Notes: generated by a model from the letters alone, not told the origin. DNA of 32,000 nt from Pseudomonas aeruginosa (GCF_001457615.1 NZ_LN831024.1:1560001-1592000), one strand, 5' to 3'; positions 1 through 9,250 are shown, numbered from the stretch's first letter. A program made the numbers and translations.

Positions 1-1302
1 GCCGAGATGGGCATCATCCCCCACGAGGCGGCGCGGGAGATCGACCGCGCCGCCCAGGTGGAGCGCTTCGACCTCACCCAACTGGGCCGCGAAAGCCTGG
101 AGACAGGGCACCTACTGGTGCCTACCATCCGCGCCCTGGCGAGGTCGTGCGAGGGTAGCTGGGGGGAGTACGTGCACTATGGCGTGACCACCCAGGACAT
201 CCTCGACACCGGGCTGATGCTGCAGGTCAAGGAAGCCTGGGGCCATGCGCTCGGGCTCCTGCACTCGATCCGTGGCCATCTGCTGGCGCTTGCCCTGCGC
301 CACCAGCACACGCCGATGGTTGCACGCACCCACGGGCAGCAGGCGCTGCCCACGACCTTCGGCTACAAGGTCGCCGTCTGGGTGGATGAAATCGACCGTC
401 ACCTGGCGCGCTTCGACGAAGCGCGCGAACGCGTCCTGGTCGGCAACCTGACCGGTGCCGTGGGAACCCTGGCGTCGTTCGGCGCCCAGGGCTTCGAGCT
501 ACAGCGGCGAACCCTGGCCAGGCTTGGCCTCGGCGCGCCGTCGACCAGTTGGCACAGCGCCCGGGACCGGGTGCTGGAGGTTGCCGGGTTGCTGGTCCAG
601 GTGTCGGTGACGCTGGGCCGGGTGGCGAACGAGATCTACCACCTGCAGCGCAGCGAAATCGACGAGGTACGCGAGGGCAGCCGGCCGGGACAGGTGGGCA
701 GCAGCACCATGCCGCACAAGCGGAACCCGTCGTCGGTCGACCTGGTCAGCGCGCTGTCGCGGCTGGTGCGGGCACAGATGGTGGCGCTCACCGATGCCGC
801 GTTCCAGTTGCACGAGCGCGACGGCACCGCCTGGCGCATCGAGTGGGCGGCGTTGCCGGAGCTGTTCGTCTACGCCGGCGCCTTGCTGACCCGCATGGAG
901 GCGGTGCTGGCCGAGGGGCTCGAGGTGCGCGAGGAACGCATGCGCGCCAACCTCGACCTGCTGGGTGGGCTGATCCTGTCGGAGCGGGTCATGCTCGCGC
1001 TGGCGGGGCAGTTCGGCAAGCAGACCGCCCACGAACTGCTCCATGAGATAACCCAGGCCTCCCAGCGGCAGGGCGTTCCGTTCCGCGAGGCGCTGCTCGG
1101 GCAGCCAAGGTTGCGCGGCTGTTTCAGCGCCGAGGCGCTCGAAGAACTGCTCGACCCCGTCGGCTACGTCGGCCTCGCCGCGGAGATGGTCGACCTGGTC
1201 GCCGGCAAACCACGAACCGGCGCGTCGGGCGACAGGCCCGAAGGCGCCGCCTCTTCCCAAGGAAATCCCGGTCAGTCCCAGTACGTGATGGAGGATAGGT
1301 GA
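1..1302 (+). CDS. Fumarase/adenylosuccinate lyase superfamily protein, 5' end outside window (likely fluopsin C pathway lyase, PA3517-like)
   Basis: Frame open from base 1 (AEMGIIPHEAAREI...), signature GSSTMPHKRNP, HYGVTTQDILDT and ARTHGQQALPTTFG motifs; stop TGA 1300-1302 overlaps start of next lyase. Pathway assignment from gene order. Confidence 0.85.
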   Translation, partial: AEMGIIPHEAAREIDRAAQVERFDLTQLGRESLETGHLLVPTIRALARSCEGSWGEYVHYGVTTQDILDTGLMLQVKEAWGHALGLLHSIRGHLLALALRHQHTPMVARTHGQQALPTTFGYKVAVWVDEIDRHLARFDEARERVLVGNLTGAVGTLASFGAQGFELQRRTLARLGLGAPSTSWHSARDRVLEVAGLLVQVSVTLGRVANEIYHLQRSEIDEVREGSRPGQVGSSTMPHKRNPSSVDLVSALSRLVRAQMVALTDAAFQLHERDGTAWRIEWAALPELFVYAGALLTRMEAVLAEGLEVREERMRANLDLLGGLILSERVMLALAGQFGKQTAHELLHEITQASQRQGVPFREALLGQPRLRGCFSAEALEELLDPVGYVGLAAEMVDLVAGKPRTGASGDRPEGAASSQGNPGQSQYVMEDR

Positions 1303-2753
1303 TGGATGCTGAATCGCTGGAAATGCTTGCCCGTTCCTCGTGCACCGCGCATCCGCAGAGCTTCGGCGGCGCACCGGCCGAGTCGTCCTGCAAGCACGAA
1401 CACAGTCACATCGTTGACTCTAAAACCCATGGCGGCGGCTACGCCGGTCCGGTGAGCCGCCGGATCTTCTGTAGCCACTGCCGCCTGCAACGCTGGCTCG
1501 ACGTGGAGGCGGCGCTGGCGCTGGCGCAGGCCGATGTCGGCGTCATTCCGCCCGAGGCGGCGCTGGAGATCGCGAAGGCCGCCAGGCTTTCGGCCGTCGA
1601 CCTGCAGCAGATCGCCGACGGCGTGGCCAGCACCGGGCACTCGCTGATGCCCCTGCTGGGCGCGCTGCAAAGGAACTGCAGCCCCAGCGCGCGCGAGTAC
1701 GTGCATTTCGGCGCGACCACGCAGGATATCCAGGACACCGCGCAGTCCCTGGAAATGCGCGATGTGCTGGATGAAACGGAGCGGGCGCTGGACATCCTCC
1801 TGGACCGGCTCTCGGTGCTGGCGAGCGGGACCCGCAATGCGCTGATGGTCGCCAGGACCCACTCGATCCCGGCGTTGCCAACCACCTTCGGGCTGAAGGT
1901 GGCCGGCTGGATCGACGAGTTGCTGCGTCACCGCGAACGCCTGGGCGAGGCGCGCAAGCGGATCCTGGTGGTGCAACTGTTCGGCGGCGTGGGCACGATG
2001 GCCGCCTTCGGCGACGAGGCCATGCTCCTGCTCGAAAGCTTCGCGCGGCGGCTGTCGCTGGACGTGCCGCTGGCGGGTTGGCACGTGTCCCGCGACCGGG
2101 TTACCGAGTTCGTCAGCACCCTGGCCATGGTCACCGCGTCCCTGGCGCGGATCGCCGACGAGATCCGCACCCTGAACCGCTGGGAGATCGGCGAGCTGGA
2201 GGTGGGCTGGACGCAGCAGCAGATCGGTAGCAGCACCATGCCCCACAAGCGCAATCCGGAAGGCTGCGAGCAGGTCGTGGTGCTGGCCCGGCTGGCCAAG
2301 GCCCAGGTCCTGCTCGCGTTGGACGCCATGATCCTCGAGCACGAGCGGGACTACCGCGGCACGCGCCTGGAATGGTGTGCGGTGGCGGACGTTTCCCACT
2401 ATGCGCTGATGGCGCTGTCGCTGCTGACCGACACCATCGACGGGCTCACGGTCCACGACGAGACCATGGCGCGGACGGCGAATGCATACAGCGATGCGAT
2501 CTGTACCGAGGCGTTCGTCTTCGAGATGGCCAAGCAACTGGGCAAGAGCAGCGCTTACGAAATCATCTTCGAGATCACCCAGGCCTGCCAGCGCAAGCGG
2601 ATTCCGATGCGCCAGGCGCTCGAGTCGGATCCGCGGGTGGGCGCCGTCATGCCGAAGGAAACCCTGGCCAGGCTGTTCGAGCCGCGGACCCATCTCGGCA
2701 TGGCCGGGACCATCGTCGACAAGGTGCTGGACAAGGTCGCCAGCCACCACTGA
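1302..2753 (+). CDS. Second fumarase/adenylosuccinate lyase superfamily protein (likely fluopsin C pathway lyase, PA3516-like)
   Basis: GSSTMPHKRNPEGCEQ signature, HFGATTQDIQDT, ARTHSIPALPTTFG; ATG at 1302 (GTG at 1299 also possible); unusual Cys/His-containing N-terminal extension before the conserved LQRWLDVEAALA segment. Confidence 0.85.
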   Translation: MDAESLEMLARSSCTAHPQSFGGAPAESSCKHEHSHIVDSKTHGGGYAGPVSRRIFCSHCRLQRWLDVEAALALAQADVGVIPPEAALEIAKAARLSAVDLQQIADGVASTGHSLMPLLGALQRNCSPSAREYVHFGATTQDIQDTAQSLEMRDVLDETERALDILLDRLSVLASGTRNALMVARTHSIPALPTTFGLKVAGWIDELLRHRERLGEARKRILVVQLFGGVGTMAAFGDEAMLLLESFARRLSLDVPLAGWHVSRDRVTEFVSTLAMVTASLARIADEIRTLNRWEIGELEVGWTQQQIGSSTMPHKRNPEGCEQVVVLARLAKAQVLLALDAMILEHERDYRGTRLEWCAVADVSHYALMALSLLTDTIDGLTVHDETMARTANAYSDAICTEAFVFEMAKQLGKSSAYEIIFEITQACQRKRIPMRQALESDPRVGAVMPKETLARLFEPRTHLGMAGTIVDKVLDKVASHH

Positions 2754-2802
2754 ATCACCCGCCGCCAGAGGCGGCGGTACTGCACATCAACGGAGAACAA
2801 GA

Positions 2803-3876
2803 ATGACAAAGGCTAACGAGATCGAAACCGCGAAGGTCAAGCAGTTTTCAGCACGGATCATGGAGGACTACGGCAATACCCTGCGCGGCGCGATGCTCTA
2901 CATCGGCGACCGCCTGGGGCTGTTCAAGGCGCTCGCCCATGGCCAATGGGTGACCCTGGAAGAGCTGGCGCAGCAGACCGGCTACACCACCCGCTACCTG
3001 CGCGAATGGCTGGGCAGCATGGTCACCGGCAACTACCTGGCCTACGATCCGCAGAGCAGGAGCTATCGGTTGCCGGCCGAGTTCGTCCCGGTGCTCGCCG
3101 ACGAGGACTCGCCTTATTTCGCCGGCGGGATCATCCAGTTGAGCGTGCCCTTCGTGAGCATGGCGCCGAAGATCATCGAGGCCTTCCGCTGCGGCGGCGG
3201 TTGCCCCGAGGAATCCTTCCCGCTGGAAACCTGGGAAGGCATGGAGCGCATGACCATGCCCTGGTACAAGCACTTCCTCGTGCAGCACTGGATTCCTTCG
3301 CTGGATGGCGTCAAGGAAAAGCTCCAGGCGGGTGGCAGCGTGCTCGATTTCGGCTGCGGCAGCGGGCTGGCCGCGATCATGATGGCCAAGGCGTTCCCCG
3401 AAGCCCAGGTCTATGGCTGTGACTTCCACGCGCCGTCCATCGAACGCGCGCGGGCGAACGCCGAGGCCGCGGGGGTCGGCGACCGGGTGCGCTTCGAGGT
3501 CAGCGATTCCGATGCGCTGGCGGGCAAGAAGTTCGACTTCGTCACGACCTTCGTGGTCATCCACGACGCGACCGACCCGCAGCAGATGATGAAGGACCTG
3601 CGCGAGTCGACCGCCGACGATGGGACCTACCTGATGGTGGAACTCAACCTGTCGCAGGAACTGCACGAGAACATGAACCTGTTCGGTCGCGTGATGTACC
3701 CGCAGAGCACGCTGTATTGCATGACCTGTTCGCTGTCCCACGGCGGCGAGGGCCTCGGCGCCTTCATGGGCGAGGACCGCGCGCGGCAGATGGCCGAGGC
3801 CGCCGGCTTCAGTCGCTTCCGCAAGGTGCCTTCGGAGTGGCCGCCGCTGCCGGCGCTGTTCGAACTGCGACCCTGA
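2803..3876 (+). CDS. SAM-dependent methyltransferase with N-terminal winged-helix-like domain (PA3515-like, fluopsin C cluster methyltransferase)
   Basis: 357 aa from ATG 2803, SD-like GGAG 8-11 nt upstream; SAM motif I VLDFGCGSGLAAIMM, TLEELAQQTGYTTRYLREWL N-terminal region. Confidence 0.85.
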   Translation: MTKANEIETAKVKQFSARIMEDYGNTLRGAMLYIGDRLGLFKALAHGQWVTLEELAQQTGYTTRYLREWLGSMVTGNYLAYDPQSRSYRLPAEFVPVLADEDSPYFAGGIIQLSVPFVSMAPKIIEAFRCGGGCPEESFPLETWEGMERMTMPWYKHFLVQHWIPSLDGVKEKLQAGGSVLDFGCGSGLAAIMMAKAFPEAQVYGCDFHAPSIERARANAEAAGVGDRVRFEVSDSDALAGKKFDFVTTFVVIHDATDPQQMMKDLRESTADDGTYLMVELNLSQELHENMNLFGRVMYPQSTLYCMTCSLSHGGEGLGAFMGEDRARQMAEAAGFSRFRKVPSEWPPLPALFELRP

Positions 3877-3916
3877 GGTTGCACGCCCGGAGTCGCCTGG
3901 CGCGGCTCCGGGGCGA

Positions 3917-3943
3917 GGGTGGCGTCCGCGGCGGACGCCACCC
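3917..3943 (+). terminator. Strong GC-rich hairpin downstream of methyltransferase, candidate terminator without T-tract
   Basis: GGGTGGCGTCCG / CGGACGCCACCC perfect 12-bp stem with 3-nt loop CGG, 40 bp after the stop codon. Confidence 0.5.
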
Positions 3944-4332
3944 GCAGCCCGGTGTGTCCGGGACCGCCGCAGTCGTTTCGTCCCTGTCTGCCTCGGCCTG
4001 AAGTCTTCGCTGCGAAGACCCTCGTCCTTATATAAGCAGGGGAGTTGCTGCGAGCAGAGGTCGAGAGCCTGCGGCACTCGTTCAAGCGAGCGATGTGGCT
4101 GTCAGGAAACCTTCCCCTGTTACCGAATGGAGCAATGTTGCTCCTTGTGTGTGCAACAACGCCCCACTTCCCGGAAGCCTGGCGAACCGCGTGAAAACCG
4201 CTCGGAGCGCCTTTCGTCGCAGGATTCCTCGGTAATTCTCCGCGCTTTAATTCAACTCTCTGATTTTAAAAGTTTAATACTCGGAACAAGGCTGTTTCGC
4301 CGGTGAACTTTCATCTGGCATGGCTTCTGCAA

Positions 4333-4367
4333 GTTTTATATTTAAAACGATGTTTCATATATAAAAC
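4333..4367 (+). promoter_or_regulatory. Tandem 16-bp imperfect palindromes, candidate operator/promoter region of the 17-gene operon
   Basis: GTTTTATATTTAAAAC (4333-4348) and GTTTCATATATAAAAC (4352-4367), 14/16 identical, start-to-start spacing 19 bp, ending 21 bp before the ATG at 4389. Confidence 0.55.
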
Positions 4368-4388
4368 AAGACAAGAGGCTTAGTCCAG

Positions 4389-5240
4389 ATGAGAGCGACG
4401 TCGTTGAGCATCCTCACTTCCGAGCATTCGCTACCTGTAGCCGCTCCTGCGGATAGCCGTCTCGAAATCGAATTCCGCGGCGTCGCCAAGCATTTTCCGG
4501 GCCGCGGCAAAAGCGCGGCGACCCTCGCGGTGCAGGGGCTCGACCTGGCCATCCGCCGCGGCGAGGTGGTGTCCATCATCGGGCCGTCCGGTTGCGGCAA
4601 GAGCACCCTGCTGAACATGGGGGCGGGTCTCTACGCACCCAGCGAAGGCGAGGTGCGGGTCGGCGGCGAGCGGGTCAGCGGTCCGGTACGCAAGGTCTCC
4701 TTCATGTTGCAGAAGGACCTGCTGATGCCCTGGCGCAGCATTCGCCGCAACATCGAGCTGGGCCTGGAGATCGACGGTCGCGCGGCCGGCGAACGGCGCG
4801 CCATCGCCGAGGAAATGCTGGAGAAGTGTCACCTCGCCGGTTTCGCCGAGCACTATCCGTTCCAGCTTTCCGGCGGCATGCGCCAACGCGCCGCCCTGGC
4901 CCGAACCCTGGCCACCGACCCGCAGGTGCTGTTCCTCGACGAGCCGTTCTCGGCCCTCGACGCGCAGACCAAGATGATCCTCCAGCAGGACCTGGCGCGG
5001 ATGCTCTGCGAGCAACGCAAGACCGCGCTGTTCATTACCCACGACCTGGTCGAGGCGATCGCCATGTCCGATCGCATCCTGGTGATGAGCGCGCGGCCGG
5101 GCACCATCGTCGAGGAGATCGAGGTCGGCCTGCCGCTGCGCGACAACCCGCTGGAGCGCCGCAAGCTGCCGGAGATCGGGCCGCTGGTCGGGCGCCTGAT
5201 GACCCTGCTGAAAGTGGGCGAGAGCGCCGAGCTGCACTGA
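4389..5240 (+). CDS. ABC transporter ATP-binding protein, nitrate/sulfonate/taurine (TauB/SsuB-like) family
   Basis: Walker A GPSGCGKSTLL, signature LSGGMRQRAALARTL, Walker B VLFLDEPFSALD. Confidence 0.93.
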   Translation: MRATSLSILTSEHSLPVAAPADSRLEIEFRGVAKHFPGRGKSAATLAVQGLDLAIRRGEVVSIIGPSGCGKSTLLNMGAGLYAPSEGEVRVGGERVSGPVRKVSFMLQKDLLMPWRSIRRNIELGLEIDGRAAGERRAIAEEMLEKCHLAGFAEHYPFQLSGGMRQRAALARTLATDPQVLFLDEPFSALDAQTKMILQQDLARMLCEQRKTALFITHDLVEAIAMSDRILVMSARPGTIVEEIEVGLPLRDNPLERRKLPEIGPLVGRLMTLLKVGESAELH

Positions 5241-5280
5241 TCGCCGCCTGCCGATCCGAATTCCGTTACAGGAGCCGCTG

Positions 5281-6288
5281 ATGTCCAAGTCATTGCTCAA
5301 CGCCGCATTGTGCGGCGCGTTGTTCGCCGCCGGCCTGACCGTCCAGGCCGCCCCGCGGGAAGTCACCTACCTGCTGCCGGCACCGCCGAACTCGCCGGCC
5401 TTCGCACCCTGGGTGATCGCCCGGGAGAAGGGCTACTACGCCGACCTGGGCCTGAAGGTGACCTTCGTCGCCGGCAAGGGCGGGGTCGACGTGGCCAAGC
5501 AGATCGGCGCCGGCAACGCACCGGTCGGCGGCGCCATCGGCGATACGCCGATCGTGGTGCGCGCCAACGGCATCCCGGTGAAAGCCGTGGCGGTGCTCGG
5601 TGCCGGCGGGGTGACCATGATCGCCACCGATGGCACGGCCGGTATCGACAGCGTCAAGGACCTCAAGGGCAAGACCCTGACCGTGATGTCCTACTCCGAC
5701 ACCACCTACTACGCCCTGCTGGCGTCGATGCGCAAGGCTGGCCTGGGCAAGTCCGACGTGGACATCCAGGCGGCCGGCCCATCCGGCGTCTGGCAACTGT
5801 TCTCCGCCGGCCGCTCGCAGGCCATGGCCGGCGTGCCGGACTGGGTGGTGAGTGCCGAGGATGCCGGCCGGCAGGTGAAGTTGCTGCCGGGCAGCGAGGT
5901 GTTCGAGAGCATGGCCCAGGCGATCCTCGCCTCGGACGAGGCCATCGAGAAGCAGCCTGAGGTGGTCGGCGGGGTGGTCAGGGCGACCCTCATGGGCATG
6001 CGCGACATCATCGCCGACCCAAGGCAGGCCGCCGCCACCTTCGCTGCCGCGGTGCCCGCCTACAAGGGCCGCGAGGCCAGCCTGGAACGGGTCCTGCGGC
6101 TCTATGTCGAGCACGTCTACGCCAACCAGCAGCCGCTCGGGCACATCGATCCGCAGCGCCTGGACAAGGTTCGCAGGTTCTACGTCAGCGAAGGCATCGT
6201 CGGCCGCGAGACGCCGCTGGACGAGCTTTACACCAACCGTTTCGTCGAGTCCGCCGACCTGACCGCGCAGCACGGAGCCCGCCCATGA
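5281..6288 (+). CDS. ABC transporter substrate-binding protein, NMT1/THI5-TauA/SsuA-like, with signal peptide
   Basis: N-terminal signal MSKSLLNAALCGALFAAGLTVQAA; AFAPWVIAREKGYYADLGLKVTFV typical of the family; between ATPase and permease genes. Confidence 0.9.
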   Translation: MSKSLLNAALCGALFAAGLTVQAAPREVTYLLPAPPNSPAFAPWVIAREKGYYADLGLKVTFVAGKGGVDVAKQIGAGNAPVGGAIGDTPIVVRANGIPVKAVAVLGAGGVTMIATDGTAGIDSVKDLKGKTLTVMSYSDTTYYALLASMRKAGLGKSDVDIQAAGPSGVWQLFSAGRSQAMAGVPDWVVSAEDAGRQVKLLPGSEVFESMAQAILASDEAIEKQPEVVGGVVRATLMGMRDIIADPRQAAATFAAAVPAYKGREASLERVLRLYVEHVYANQQPLGHIDPQRLDKVRRFYVSEGIVGRETPLDELYTNRFVESADLTAQHGARP

Positions 6289-7061
6289 ACCTCTCCACCA
6301 GACCCTTGCTCGGCAGTCTCGCGCTGTTGTTCCTGTTCCTCGCTGCCTGGCAGTGGGGGCCCGGCCTGCTCGGCATGCCCGAGTTCGTCCTGCCGGGGCT
6401 GAGCCGGGTGGCGGCGGAGGGCGTGGCCATGTGGCACGGCGCCGGACTGCTGGAGCACACGGCGATCACCAGCCTGGAGATCGTCGTCGGTTTCGCCCTG
6501 GGCGCGCTGCTTGGCGTGAGCATCGGCGTTGCCCTCGGCCTGTCGCCGACCACCGAGGCCATGCTCTCGCCCTACATCCTGGCGCTGCAGATCGCGCCGA
6601 AGGTGGCCTTCGCCCCGCTGTTCGTGATGTGGCTGGGCTATACGGTGTACCCGAAGATCCTCATCGCCGTGCTGATCGTGTTCTTCCCGGTGATGATCAA
6701 CGTGCTCTCGGCCATCCGCACCGTCGACCCGGACATGATCAACCTGGTGCGCGCGATGAGCGCCAGCCGTTGGCAGATCTTCCGCCTGGTGGAGTTCCCC
6801 TCGGCGATGGCCGCGCTGTTCTCCGGCCTGCGCATCGCCTCCACCCTGGCGGTGATCGGCGTCACCGTCGGCGAGCTGGTGGGCGGCAACAAGGGCCTCG
6901 GCTTCCTGCTGGTGGATGCCGAAGGGCAGGGCAACACCGCCGGGGTGTTCGTCGCCATCGTCATGCTCACCCTGATCGGCGTGCTCGCCTATGGCGCGGT
7001 GGTCTGGGCCGAGAAGCGCGTCCTGCATTACCTGCCGAAAGCCAACCTGGGCACGGTGTGA
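6285..7061 (+). CDS. ABC transporter permease, TauC/SsuC-like
   Basis: Multiple hydrophobic segments; permease loop EFPSAMAALFSGLRIASTLAVIGVTVGELVG; 4-bp overlap with upstream gene. Confidence 0.92.
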   Translation: MNLSTRPLLGSLALLFLFLAAWQWGPGLLGMPEFVLPGLSRVAAEGVAMWHGAGLLEHTAITSLEIVVGFALGALLGVSIGVALGLSPTTEAMLSPYILALQIAPKVAFAPLFVMWLGYTVYPKILIAVLIVFFPVMINVLSAIRTVDPDMINLVRAMSASRWQIFRLVEFPSAMAALFSGLRIASTLAVIGVTVGELVGGNKGLGFLLVDAEGQGNTAGVFVAIVMLTLIGVLAYGAVVWAEKRVLHYLPKANLGTV

Positions 7062-7066
7062 ACGCC

Positions 7067-7828
7067 ATGAGCCAGAACTCTCTTCTCGACGGTCGCCGCG
7101 TGCTCCTCACCGGCGGCGCCCGCGGCCTCGGCTACGCCTTCGCCGAAGCGGCGGCACGCGCCGGCGCCCGGGTGGTGATCGCCGACATCCTGGAGGAACG
7201 CGTGCAGCGCTCCGCCCGTGAACTCGCCGAGCAGGGCCTGGATATCAGCGGCCTGCCACTGGACCTGGCCGACCCGGTTTCGATCGAGCGCTGCGTGGCC
7301 GCGGCGGTCGAGCGCCTGGGCGGTCTCGACGGCCTGGTGAACAACGCCTCCATCACCAACTCCGGCGGCAAGAGCTGCGAAGAACTGGAGATCGAGGTGT
7401 TCGACCGGGTGCTCCAGGTCAACGTGCGCGGCACCTGGCTGATGACCCGTGCCTGCCTGCCGGCGCTGCGCGAGTCCGGACGTGGCGCGGTGGTCAACCT
7501 GGCCTCCGACACCCCGCTGTGGGGCGCGCCCAACCTGCTCGCCTACAGCGCCAGCAAGGGCGCGCTGATCGCCATGACCCGCAGCCTGGCCCGCGAGCTG
7601 GGCGGCGACGGCATCACCGTCAACGCCATCGCTCCCGGACTGGTGGAGGTCGAGGCCACCGAGTACGTGCCGGCCGCCCGCCACCGGCTCTACCGCGAGC
7701 AGCGCGCGCTCCAGCGCGGCCAACAGCCGGCGGATGTCTGCGGCGCGGTGCTGTTCGCCCTTTCCGACCTTTCCCGCTTCATCACTGGACAAACCTTGCC
7801 GGTCAACGGCGGGTTCGTCATGCCCTGA
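7067..7828 (+). CDS. Short-chain dehydrogenase/reductase with canonical active site
   Basis: LLTGGARGLGYAFA, LVNNAS, YSASKGALIAMTRSLA, C-terminal GQTLPVNGGFVMP. Confidence 0.92.
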   Translation: MSQNSLLDGRRVLLTGGARGLGYAFAEAAARAGARVVIADILEERVQRSARELAEQGLDISGLPLDLADPVSIERCVAAAVERLGGLDGLVNNASITNSGGKSCEELEIEVFDRVLQVNVRGTWLMTRACLPALRESGRGAVVNLASDTPLWGAPNLLAYSASKGALIAMTRSLARELGGDGITVNAIAPGLVEVEATEYVPAARHRLYREQRALQRGQQPADVCGAVLFALSDLSRFITGQTLPVNGGFVMP

Positions 7829-7841
7829 TCCGGAGGACTCC

Positions 7842-8372
7842 ATGACCGATCTGAACCAGAACGCCCCGAAATCCTGGGACCGCCCCGAAGGCGCCAGCTT
7901 CGAGGAGTGGTGCAACACCCGCATCGCCCGTTACTCCACCCGCAAGTACGACTGGAACGCGCTGAAGTTCCAGGCCGACTACGACCCCAGGTTCCGCCGC
8001 GCGCAGATGCGCTACATCGGCACCGGCGGCACCGGTGTGGCCAGTGACATGAACACCATTCCGTCCGAGCACTTCACCTTTTCCACCATGGTCATCCCGG
8101 CGGGTCACGAAGGCCCGCCGCACCTGCACATCGACGTCGAGGAAGTGTTCTTCGTCCTGCGCGGCAAGCTCAAGGTGGTGCTGGAGAAGGACGGCGAGCG
8201 CTTCGAGACCATCCTCACCGACCGCGACGTGATTTCCGTGCCGCCGGGCGTGTACCGCGAGGAGATCAACATCGGCGACGAGGATGCGCTGATGTGCGTG
8301 ATGCTCGGTGCGAAGAAGCCGATCACCCCGACCTACCCGCCGGAGCACCCTCTGGCGAGCATCAAGCGCTGA
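7842..8372 (+). CDS. Cupin-domain protein
   Basis: Cupin motif 1 GHEGPPHLHIDVEEVFFVLRGK; motif 2 DVISVPPGVYREEIN has Arg where His is canonical; SD GGAGG upstream of ATG 7842. Confidence 0.85.
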   Translation: MTDLNQNAPKSWDRPEGASFEEWCNTRIARYSTRKYDWNALKFQADYDPRFRRAQMRYIGTGGTGVASDMNTIPSEHFTFSTMVIPAGHEGPPHLHIDVEEVFFVLRGKLKVVLEKDGERFETILTDRDVISVPPGVYREEINIGDEDALMCVMLGAKKPITPTYPPEHPLASIKR

Positions 8373-8380
8373 GGCCGCCG

Positions 8381-9250
8381 ATGAACATGGCGCAGACCCA
8401 CACCCCCGTCCCGAACCTGCAACAGCGCTTTCCCGAGCGGCTGGTGCAACTGGCCGACGGCGCCCAGCTGGCCATCCGCGAATGCGGCCAGGGCCCGGTG
8501 GTGGTGCTGTTGCACGGCATCGGTTCGGGCTCGGCGTCCTGGCTGCATTGCGCCCAGCGCCTGGCCGCCGGCAATCGGGTGATCGCCTGGGACGCGCCGG
8601 GTTACGGCCTGTCCACGCCGCTGCCGCCGGCCCGGCCCAAGGCCTGCGACTACGCCGCGTGCCTGGAGCTGCTGCTGGATGCGCTGGGCGTGGAGAGCTG
8701 CCTGCTGGTGGGCCACTCCCTCGGCGCGCTGATGGCCACGGCCTACGCCGCCGGCATCGGCGCGGCGCGGGTGCGCCGCCTGGTGCTGCTCAGCCCGGCG
8801 CGCGGCTACGGCGCCGCCGAGCTGCGCGACAGCGGCGCCCAGGTGCGCCGCCAGCGCCTGGAGAACCTGGAGCGCTTCGGTATCGACGGCATGGCCAGCG
8901 AGCGCACCGCGCGCCTGCTCGGCCGCAACCCCAGCGAGGAGGCCCTGGCCTGGGTGCGCTGGAACATGGCGCGGCTCAACCCCGAGGGCTACCGCCAGGC
9001 CGTCGAGCTGCTCTGCGGCGACGACCTGCTGGGCAACGGGCAGCCTGCCGCTCCTTGCGAGGTGCATTGCGGCGAGGACGACGGCATCACCACGCCCGAG
9101 AGTTGCGGCGCCATCGCCCGCCAGCTCGGCGCGTCGTTCTCGTCGATTCCCGGGGCCGGCCACGCCAGCCCGATCGAACAACCCGAAGTGGTCGCAGGAC
9201 GCATCGGCCACGCGCAACGCCTCTCTCTTGAAGGAACCGCCAATGGATAA
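8381..9250 (+). CDS. Alpha/beta-fold hydrolase
   Basis: LLHGIGSGSASW oxyanion region, VGHSLGALMA nucleophile elbow, EDDGITTPE acid region and GAGHASP histidine. Confidence 0.9.
   Translation: MNMAQTHTPVPNLQQRFPERLVQLADGAQLAIRECGQGPVVVLLHGIGSGSASWLHCAQRLAAGNRVIAWDAPGYGLSTPLPPARPKACDYAACLELLLDALGVESCLLVGHSLGALMATAYAAGIGAARVRRLVLLSPARGYGAAELRDSGAQVRRQRLENLERFGIDGMASERTARLLGRNPSEEALAWVRWNMARLNPEGYRQAVELLCGDDLLGNGQPAAPCEVHCGEDDGITTPESCGAIARQLGASFSSIPGAGHASPIEQPEVVAGRIGHAQRLSLEGTANG

Noticed and set aside
1272-2750. Long minus-strand ORF (492 aa) opposite the second lyase
   Set aside because: Mirror ORF produced by GC-rich codon bias; the plus strand encodes the conserved lyase, and the reverse product has no recognisable motifs.
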